The notes under the pieces were generated by a model, which was not told the origin of the DNA, made no database searches, and worked only from the letters and a program-made list of their open reading frames with translations. The position numbers and the translations under genes were made by a program. A stretch of DNA of 64,000 bases, taken from contig OZ242195.1 in the NCBI GenBank assembly GCA_965205975.1, positions 1,536,001 through 1,600,000 of the forward strand, written 5' to 3'. Source of the stretch: Candidatus Latescibacterota bacterium. GTDB lineage: Bacteria; Latescibacterota; UBA2968. Positions 59,101 to 64,000 of the stretch are shown here, in pieces; position 1 is the stretch's first letter, and each line of letters opens with the position of its first letter.

Positions 59101-61582
59101 CGAAGTGGACGCCCGCCGGCGTGCCCCCCGGCACGTTGGCGTCGGGGTAGAAAACCGTCGCGCCGACCGTGCCCGTGTTCGTCGCATCCGACACCTGGCC
59201 CCGCACGCGGCCCGTGCCCGGCTCCGACCAGTCGGTCGTCACACCGGTGGTCACCATCCGGACCCGCACCTGGTATTCTGCACCCGATCTCAGCGACTCG
59301 ATCAGCCTGAACGGATCGAGTCCGGTATCCGGATGGCGTGTCCACGAGCCGCTGGTGCCCCGTCGATATTCCACCTCGAAGGCGGTAATCTCATCCCCGG
59401 TACTTCGAACACGCCAGCGCGCCACCAGGCTGTTCGTCAAGTACCGCGGCGCCACGACCGACGGCGTCTCCAGGGGGTCCCGCGGCTCGTCCACGTTGAC
59501 CACCTCGATGGTCACGTCGATCCGGGTTGCTCCGCCGCTGCGCCCGTCGTCGGCCTTGACCCTGACCGAATGGGTCGTCTGCATCTCGTAATCGAGCACC
59601 ACCTTCGTCCTGATCTGGCCGGTGGAGGAGTTGATGGTGAAGTTGCCTTTGTCCGGTCCTTCCAGCGAATAGGTCACCTCGTCGCCGTCCGCGTCCTCCG
59701 CCACGAAGGGCTCGCCGACATCCTCGTTCGCCGGCGTGTTCTCGACCACGCTGCGCGTCAGAATCGGTTCCCCGAAGTCCGGCGCATTGTTGATCGTCAG
59801 CTTTACCGAGGTGATGTCTCCCCATGCCCAGTCCAGGCCTGCCGGCCGCGGCCACGCATAACACTTCGATTGCGGGGACTGAGTGCCGAGCCTGCGGCCA
59901 TCATCGAAGTCGAATTCATGACCGTCAACGTCCAGTTCCAGCCGGTTGCGGACGTCATCGTTTGGTGCTCTGGCTCCGAAACAGAAGGCGACCGTCTCGG
60001 CGGTGAAAAACGACGTGGGCGCGTCGCCGACGACAAGTGCGGCGGCGATGTCGTAGGTCGTGCCGCCGACCCGAAAATTCGAGGGGGCTATCGCGCCCCA
60101 ATCGGTGGCGAAGTCGGCATATCCGAGGGTGCCGGCGCCCTCACCCACCGTCACGTTGGCGGTGAGCACGGCATCCGGGTCGGCCGGCGGCGATGCGGCC
60201 TCGCGCACGACCGTTACGTCGTAGGTCAGCGTTGTAAACATGTCTTCCGCCGTCACGCGCGCCGAACCGGCGTTGCGGCCCGGGCTGAGAGAGAGATTCC
60301 TGCCCTTCGGGTAACTGACCGTGGCGTCGTCGTGGTTGGGTGTCGCGCTCAGCCTCACCCCAGAGACGCTGTTCCGCACCCAGGCGCGGTAGGAGGTGAT
60401 GTCGTTTGCAAACGGCGGGTCCAGCGCAACCGCATTGCCCCCGGCGGTCAGCCGGAACCTCTCCAGGGTCGCGTCGTCGGAGGGCGGGAGGCGGCTGCCG
60501 TCCACCAGATGACCGGACTGTATGCCCAGTTCGTCGTGGGTGAGCACAGCATCGACGCTGCCGAGGTTGTCGGTGATGCGCTCGCCGCTGCCGAGCTTGA
60601 TGGTCTGGGATTGATCGCCGGCCCAGATGCCGTCCATGTCCCAGTTGCCCTCCACCACCGTGTACGCGAACACGAGCGAATCCGTGTCCGCGCCTTCTAC
60701 GAGCGCCGCCTGCTTGGTGGCCGTGTTGCCGCTTGGCCCCAGCTCGAACTCGAAATGCGGCTCGCCCGTCAACTTTACCGGGACACTGAATTTCACCGAG
60801 AACTTGATCTGTTCGCCACGCCAGTAGGTGTTCGCGTGCGTGCGCGGCCTCGAGCTTACCGCCACGGAAGTAATCACCGGAGGGGGGACATCGCCGTTTA
60901 TGCGCACAAGTAATGGACGGAAATTAGCAGCTCCCGGCGGGGCGATAGAAAAGGAGCCGTCTGAGTTGGCAGGCCTCGAGTGAAGCTGGTTGTGCAAGGA
61001 CCAGCCGGAAGCCGCTCCCGGATCATCACTACCGGTCCCGGTCGAACGCAGCCAGATTCTTCCCGTTGATCCAGGATGCTCCAGCCGAACGTAGTAGGTG
61101 GTGTTCGGTTCGAGCGCGGTGTTTGCCGGCGCCCTGAATGTCTCCGTGGAATGGTTTGCATTTTGACCAGGACCGAAGGTACCACCCGAGTGGGTTAGCG
61201 TCGCCACCGTAGTCCCCCTCGGGTTGCCCTCGCGTACCGTGACGATCGGAACCGTGCCGGTGGTGCCTAGCAGCGCAAGAATATCGACGCTCGTCAGCGT
61301 GAACGTTCCAGAGGCTGGACCGGTCTTGAAGCGCTGAGCGATGTCAGCGAGCAACAGGTTATGGAGGGTAAAGGTGTTTGGGATGTGTGAAAAGTTGCTG
61401 ACCAGCACCTCCGCGTGCGCGAGGCCGGCGGTGCCGAACAGGCCGGCGGCGAGCGCAACGGCCCGGAGGCCGGGCACCCGCGGGCGCATCAGGCCCCTGA
61501 TGCGGCGTGAGATTTCTCCAAAAACCGCGTTGATCCATATCCTTCTCGTATGACCCGTGTTGCCTACCAATGAAGTTCCCAT
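50102..61582 (-). CDS. Giant (3826 aa) autotransporter-like adhesin: cadherin-like, FN3, Calx-beta, SwmB-like and Cys-bridged Ig repeats plus C-terminal beta-barrel
   Basis: RBS GGAGG; signal ending LAHA; cadherin (DADGD..YSL...LDYE), Calx-beta (VDYATSDGTA..G.DYT..SGTLTF), SwmB-like repeats; LARFGRT helix, GLRHDGGDAETG and terminal aromatic W. Confidence 0.88.
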   Translation of the reverse strand: MGTSLVGNTGHTRRIWINAVFGEISRRIRGLMRPRVPGLRAVALAAGLFGTAGLAHAEVLVSNFSHIPNTFTLHNLLLADIAQRFKTGPASGTFTLTSVDILALLGTTGTVPIVTVREGNPRGTTVATLTHSGGTFGPGQNANHSTETFRAPANTALEPNTTYYVRLEHPGSTGRIWLRSTGTGSDDPGAASGWSLHNQLHSRPANSDGSFSIAPPGAANFRPLLVRINGDVPPPVITSVAVSSRPRTHANTYWRGEQIKFSVKFSVPVKLTGEPHFEFELGPSGNTATKQAALVEGADTDSLVFAYTVVEGNWDMDGIWAGDQSQTIKLGSGERITDNLGSVDAVLTHDELGIQSGHLVDGSRLPPSDDATLERFRLTAGGNAVALDPPFANDITSYRAWVRNSVSGVRLSATPNHDDATVSYPKGRNLSLSPGRNAGSARVTAEDMFTTLTYDVTVVREAASPPADPDAVLTANVTVGEGAGTLGYADFATDWGAIAPSNFRVGGTTYDIAAALVVGDAPTSFFTAETVAFCFGARAPNDDVRNRLELDVDGHEFDFDDGRRLGTQSPQSKCYAWPRPAGLDWAWGDITSVKLTINNAPDFGEPILTRSVVENTPANEDVGEPFVAEDADGDEVTYSLEGPDKGNFTINSSTGQIRTKVVLDYEMQTTHSVRVKADDGRSGGATRIDVTIEVVNVDEPRDPLETPSVVAPRYLTNSLVARWRVRSTGDEITAFEVEYRRGTSGSWTRHPDTGLDPFRLIESLRSGAEYQVRVRMVTTGVTTDWSEPGTGRVRGQVSDATNTGTVGATVFYPDANVPGGTPAGVHFGESFEIRIRFTDNIRVHERIDDFTGPRNRTLYLSGPMLTDLIGPDRAIGVVGGRVSSIETFSDNTLFVLQIEPSSREDLTLTLEPLPCNTLGSLCSQVSGSGLRERTVHRVRGIRRVPSAPADLMVQTVQERGADRLQVSFAGTNEAKLYRLQYKLSDHRWSQARDFWNWRRKGPDERHSVTSAPVTQGLAYDVRVRWENPIGNGAWSYSARPGYPLAQWGETLTWRKVSGRVEIYVHYNRDLDRNSRLSDAQYLYDVHFTGSQSSGFAVDEISIIDDYLGRPRVVKLRLGSGVSDQDVRNGASLYVTYDRAQVVSPRPPGVLDQDGNQAPVFFNLEAIHVPNPNAPALYVSDTTVREARGARANFEVTLRPAATAQVRVDYETVPVNSATPGEDYTHTSGTLTFNAGQTTRNISVPVLDDFFEDSGETFRLKLENPRGGNAYIADAWGIATILNDDPVPVTTQVTALTAEFVRMPAHHVGDAFTFTLRFSEEVSLGLDDVTGSDGQQGVLSVTGGQVTAASRVVAGENRTWSITVTPDGKDDVTVALSETTDCDATGAVCTGDDRPLSAAVTDRVIGLQPPAPQSATIPSAGDQLQLFFDRAFDNRTGRTPPKSAFIVNADGVLHLVSSIEASASDQWIRLSFVLPIKAHQTVTVSYRDPTDGDDYAALQLRSGEDAESFSGFAAINGSTVSDPAAPVLVGPVQLNAAGDELSLRFTRAIDFYALPALEAFAVTYDSASATVTGVRGSGSDYRAIALDISPAIPASAQTVTVTYSDPTAGDDELALQNRAGVDAESFSQPVSRVGTQLETSQSAPLTAQFWKLPAIHGGNPFKFELVFSDENVSVSHQKIMGSNGQSDVLSVTNGEVTAARRLVSNKNHNWEITITPDVDEDVTITLPTSADCDAEDAVCTEDARPLSAAVVATVLSSSLLPLTATIEGAPEAHAGRPFVLQVRFSEATAVSWTAMRDHALSVTNGQLTRARRLNGEGPENAAWEVTLEPTGGDVTVELPATTDCDAEDAVCTEDDRPLEEAVTATISQGTVPPLTAEFDTPEAHDGSEDFTVWLNFNGATDLSKWMMANRAVAVTGGRVRSAEHEIGLRHSWRLTVAPSSIEDVVLSVAPPESCGDSGALCATDGRKLSSGAEVRVKGPASIPLTVQWQRYGDGHDGSKLFALNAEFSYPVTTSREAMRDAVRSTNGEVTNAFPKDNQPKTWVFWIKPLYNETIRVELLPTTDCDAEGAICTEDGRPLSNRAFWDIMPSDPNAVDETAPAFLRAEVDGAQLVLLYRDGLDEDATPAADAFTVTVGGQTRDLASSDPVAVDGRRVRLRLASAVASGDSVRVSYAVPSENPIQDRAGNAVVALSDQAVTNHTPEGDTTAPAFEAAVARRDSVVLTYSEALDETSTPGVDAFTVTVGGQTRDLASSDPVVVSGLTVMLRLASAAASGDSVTVSYAVPSENPIQDRAGNAVVALSDQAVTNHTPESDTTAPAFEAAVARRDSVVLTYSEALDETSTPGVDAFTVTVGGQTRDLASSDPVVVSGLTVMLRFASAAAPGDSVRVSYAVPSENPIQDRAGNRAASATITAKIPAPKFTVKFEEGSLPKVHDGVGPIEFRIVFSEEPASSYNYMTLRLETLIMRLGPRAYNAKRGYKLDPPSGKRWGVVVERRKSDAEYATEDFTITINPTENCNDEGAVCTEDGRKLSNRLFARIKGPPVLSVADTEVTEAADATAAFEVTLSRAVADTVTVDYATSDGTATAGEDYEETSGTLTFVPGETSKTVSVPVLNDSVSEHAESFTLTLSNHSGAKAYLAEAHVTGDILDDEPSGAISATVTSEPGANGTWDTGETVVVEVRFIRPVQVQSSSNAKATVGIALDGTRREAAFVSGSATDILRFEYPVTASDDGSQQVRIVSNEIALNGVTIQDTDGRVADVAFGNAPELSVADVTVMEGTDASAEFVVALSPAATEAVTVDYTTSDGTATAGEDYTSTSGTLTFNAGQTEKTVSVPVLDDTVDERSETFTLTLSNASGGDAYLSDATATGTINNDDSADPPSGNTVVLEPEEPRGARDIGTITLTADTPGTIQASWEAPTEAPANYRITWAKQDEGYKTWTDNTGNAYPTEPSYTITGLEDGEEYKVKIRASYSGTSGGWSGEATITVAGSPPTNDPPDNDPVEPLTAEFQGLPASHGESAFTFELHFSEEFNLSYRTLRDHALQVTNGELTGVGRQETGKNQAWNVTVTPDNDQDVTITLLAADCGETGAICTEDNRPLSATVSETVSATVAQTVQNQPPDTEPEPLTASFGNVPSSHDGSSAFKFELHFSEDVVGLSYRTLRDNAFTVTGGAVTKAGRLVSGNNQGWEITVAPDTYDAVTISLPAGAVETSDGRQLQGAVSATVQGPPGLSVADASVQEAANATVDFAVTLSRALSETVTVDYATSDGTATVGVDYTSTSGTLTFDAGQTEKTISVPVLDDAIDEGSETFTLTLSNASGGNAYLSDADATGTIENIDPMPKGLLARFGRTAALQVVEYVEERLQARRESGFEGRLAGHQLGRAEDMVRDVANRFVYGLGGYGSHNPSLGRRDVGMASSGSSFGLAGMLRSLFRMGDVLTGSSFTLNREMDRGGVFSFWSRGARSSFFGREDDLGLDGTVRTAMLGTDYAKGPFLVGLSLSRSWGLGSYTGGVGGGRVASSVTGLYPWLGYRLTDRMTVWAVGGYGVGGMLLSQEGASQLSAGLSMSLAAVGTRGELIGRSADGFRLSYKADALWVGTSSEAVSGSSGNLAATRSVVSRVRTALEGSHALTFRSRLSLSPSVMVGLRHDGGDAETGSGLDIAGGLVVSDPLTGLEVDMRVRTLLIHEAEGYRERGMAVSLRYNPSPSTPLGLTMRMSPSWGGQATSGAEALWGRPTMSGIAGGGYATGNRLDADLGYGLALGRRFVGTPRLGFATSAQGRDYRVGYGIGTLVSEGLRFELNLDAHRRASPLSIGADNGVTGRATIGW
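54374..55300. repeat. Near-identical 327-bp (109-aa) intragenic tandem repeats, ~3 copies
   Basis: TTGCCCGCCCTGTCCTGTATCGGGTTCTCCGAAGGCACCGCGTAGCTCACC recurs at 54375, 54702 and 55029. Confidence 0.9.
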
Positions 61583-61696
61583 ACAGCGATTCCTCCCTTT
61601 TGGTTTAAAATTACCTCACGTTGTGCAAGGCATCCCCCGTCGCTGCCACGCGCTTCAGAGATGCCCTTTTGAGGCTCTGACAAACTTTTATATATA

Positions 61697-61712
61697 TGCA
61701 AAAAGCGTGCCA
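61697..61712 (-). promoter_or_regulatory. Sigma54 (-24/-12) promoter of the giant adhesin
   Basis: Minus strand TGGCACGCTTTTTGCA, 115 nt upstream of the ATG. Confidence 0.85.
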
Positions 61713-61810
61713 CTGTGAATAGAACCCAAAATGATACTCGCAACACATTGTTTTAAAAGAATATAGAACTGTAAATAAAAACAAAAAACCAGACTGAATT
61801 TTATACCCAG

Positions 61811-61929
61811 GGACAATGTATCGCCCCTGATATAATCAGTCTGGCTCATTTTCTACTTATTATTACAATGATTTATGGCTTTAGGGCGACTATTCGCCCT
61901 AAAAAGCGTTATCGGGCTACTATTCGCCC
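61811..61929. promoter_or_regulatory. Putative upstream activator sites for the 61697 promoter
   Basis: GGGCGA-CTAT-TCGCCC (61884), GGGCTA-CTAT-TCGCCC (61914), GGACAA-TGTA-TCGCCC (61811). Confidence 0.55.
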
Positions 61930-62012
61930 CTGAAAGCGTTTAATGCCCAGCCTTTTTATTTTTCTAAAAAGAGTAGAAGTCTGACCAGGGACCTCCATAG
62001 CATTTCGACGCA

Positions 62013-64000
62013 TCATTCATAACGCACATCAACCTCTCTCTCCTCAAGGGTTGGAATGTGCGTGTTCAGTGATGTGTCACTCAATGAGTTGTTCCTCAAG
62101 TCAACAGAATCGCCACTACCCAATCCCGTATTTGTGACCAATGACAAAATATCCGAGATGCTGTTGCCGCTGAGATCCAGCCATTCCAGGTACGTCAAGC
62201 CCGATAGTGACGAAATATCCGAGATGCTGTTGCCGCTAAGAAACAGCCATTCCAGGTTCGTCAAGCCCGATAGTGACGAAATATCCGAGATGCTGTTGCC
62301 GCTGAGATCCAGCCGTTCCAGGTCTGTCAAGCTCGATAGCGAGGAAATATCCGAGATGCTGTTGTCGCTAAGAAACAGCCATTCCAGGTTCGTCAAGCTC
62401 GATAGTGACGAAATATCCGAGATGCTGTTGGAATAAAGGTGCAGCCATTCCAGGTTCGTCAAGCCCGATAGCGACGAAATATCCGAGATACTGTTGTTGT
62501 CAAGCGTTAGCTTTTCCAGACGGGTCAAGTTTGATAGCGAGGAAATATCCGAGATGCTGTTGCCGCTAAGAAACAGCCGTTTCAGATTCGTCAATTCTGA
62601 TAGCGAGGAAATAGCCGAGACGCTGTTGTTTTCAAGTTGCAGCGTTTCCAGATTCGTCAATTCTGATAGCGAGGAAATATCCGAGATGCTGTTGTTGTAA
62701 AGTTGCAGCCGTTCCAGGGCCGTCAATTCTGATAGTGACGAAATATCCGAGACGCTGTTGTTGTCGAGTTCCAGCCATTCCAGATTCGTCAATTCTGATA
62801 GTGACGAAATATCCGAGACGCTGTTGTTGTCAAGTTGCAGCCGTTCCAGGGCCGTCAATTCTGATAGTGACGAAATATCATCGATGCTGTTGTTGTAAAG
62901 TACCAGGTCTGTTAGACCGGTGGCAAACTCCAGCCCGGTCAAATCCCCAATGCTCACACCTGTTGCCTGAAGAGTAGTTAAGGTTGACATCTCTTCTTCG
63001 GTGATTGGCGCACCGGCTGTCTTTTCCAGACTGCTCTCAATAGCAGTGCGCAGGTTTGGATCGGGAATGTTCACCCCTGAAATCTGCTGCTGTTGCCGTG
63101 ATATTGGTGGCGTCGGGTCGTTCACAGGTGGTGGCGTCGTAACGTCGCTCCCACGACTGCCACTATCACTGCCACTGCCACTGCCACCCGGTATGACCTT
63201 CAATTCAGAGGTCTTCCACTCACTCGATTCAGACCATTCACTCACACCTTCCTCATTCGTCGCCCGCACCTGTATCGCATAGCTTGTGGTCGAAAACAAT
63301 CCCGTCAAGCGCACCCGCCTTTCCGTGCCGTCATAATTCGCATCTGTGAACACATCGCTGTCGGCTTGCCGGTATTGCACATCGTAGTCCGTGATCTCAG
63401 GACCCGTGTTTACAGGCTCTTCCCAGACTACGGTCAGGCTCGTCGAAGCAATCGCCGAGACACTCGGCGGGGCAGGCTGCAGAGGCGGTTCGTCGATGTC
63501 AGTGATGGTAATAGCTACAGCAAGACGCGTCTCGCCGCCTTCGCCATCACTGACATCGACGGTGACGGAATACATATCCTTTTGCTCAAAGTTATACGTG
63601 CCTTTCGCCTGAATTTGTCCCGTGCTCTCATCTATAGCAAAACTGTCTGCATCGGCACCGCTGAGGCGATAGGTGAGGGGATCACCATCGCCATCGGTTG
63701 CAACTATCGGTTCGCCTATCGCCTGTCCAGGTGCGGTGTTCTCATTCAGGGAGAGCGTCACAGGAGGTTCTAACGTGAAGACAGGTGGGCGATTGACTAC
63801 TTTGCCAAAGTTATCCATAAAGAGCAGAAAATCGGGAATCCCAATCTCGCCATCCCCATTTAGATCGTATTTTGCCTCATAAGTATCTTGACCTTCCTTT
63901 GATCCGAACACATCGATAAAGAGCAAGAAGTCCGGGATACCAACCGTGCTACTCCTGTCAAAGTCTGGAGATGGCAGTTGGGCGAGCCTCAAGGTAGCAC
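62013..64000 (-). CDS. Surface protein: EF-hand/dockerin-like + cadherin + FN3 + internalin-type LRR; 5' end outside the window
   Basis: DFDRSSTVGIPDF...YDLNGDGEIGIPDF, cadherin DGDGD.LTY.L, FN3, IPDPNLR cap, ~12 22-aa repeats L..L.L..NSISDISSLS.LT. Confidence 0.88.
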   Translation of the reverse strand, partial: ATLRLAQLPSPDFDRSSTVGIPDFLLFIDVFGSKEGQDTYEAKYDLNGDGEIGIPDFLLFMDNFGKVVNRPPVFTLEPPVTLSLNENTAPGQAIGEPIVATDGDGDPLTYRLSGADADSFAIDESTGQIQAKGTYNFEQKDMYSVTVDVSDGEGGETRLAVAITITDIDEPPLQPAPPSVSAIASTSLTVVWEEPVNTGPEITDYDVQYRQADSDVFTDANYDGTERRVRLTGLFSTTSYAIQVRATNEEGVSEWSESSEWKTSELKVIPGGSGSGSDSGSRGSDVTTPPPVNDPTPPISRQQQQISGVNIPDPNLRTAIESSLEKTAGAPITEEEMSTLTTLQATGVSIGDLTGLEFATGLTDLVLYNNSIDDISSLSELTALERLQLDNNSVSDISSLSELTNLEWLELDNNSVSDISSLSELTALERLQLYNNSISDISSLSELTNLETLQLENNSVSAISSLSELTNLKRLFLSGNSISDISSLSNLTRLEKLTLDNNSISDISSLSGLTNLEWLHLYSNSISDISSLSSLTNLEWLFLSDNSISDISSLSSLTDLERLDLSGNSISDISSLSGLTNLEWLFLSGNSISDISSLSGLTYLEWLDLSGNSISDILSLVTNTGLGSGDSVDLRNNSLSDTSLNTHIPTLEEREVDVRYE
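62150..62900. repeat. 66-bp tandem repeats encoding the LRR array
   Basis: GAAATATCCGAGATGCTGTTG recurs with 66-bp period. Confidence 0.9.

Noticed and set aside
54287..60913. Long plus-strand ORFs (54287..55249, 56558..58825, 59051..60913)
   Set aside because: Antisense shadows of the GC-rich adhesin gene with no recognisable motifs
62150..62900. Regular ~66-bp periodicity resembling a CRISPR array
   Set aside because: Units are in-frame 22-aa LRR codons and the intervening parts are similar to each other, not unique spacers

Overview
Bacterial window with two parts. The EF-hand/dockerin-like surface proteins, internalin-type LRRs, FGE-domain proteins and DUF6785/OPT-like transport cluster resemble Latescibacterota/Gemmatimonadota-type, often host-associated genomes (inference). 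(1) 1-34.4 kb is mostly core/metabolic: nucleoside deaminase, a GT2-radical SAM-GT2 cluster, DmpA-type peptidase, Na+/solute symporter, larB, dusB, dapF, a sulfite-oxidase-family enzyme, hydrolases and dehydrogenases, and a three-gene membrane cluster (DUF6785-like, M28/FtsX fusion, OPT-like). It is interrupted at 9.3-18.9 kb by a MITE, two ATPase+nuclease-like pairs and several toxin-antitoxin genes or stubs. (2) After tRNA-Phe (34359-34434) the sequence is accessory. It holds a sigma54-promoted operon whose lead large gene fuses an intact catalytic-only tyrosine recombinase to a P-loop ATPase and a two-helix membrane anchor, preceded by a ~250-nt branched secondary structure with ssDNA-type triloops. 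It also holds an AAA/PD-(D/E)XK gene, a type III-D CRISPR effector operon collapsed into fragments, IS3 and IS256 elements that truncate surface-protein genes, a beta-propeller/Y_Y_Y sigma54 activator, a 3826-aa autotransporter-like adhesin and an LRR surface protein. Three near-consensus sigma54 promoters each carry a different palindromic upstream array. No CRISPR array or rRNA was seen. All calls are from motif recognition by eye; no searches were run.
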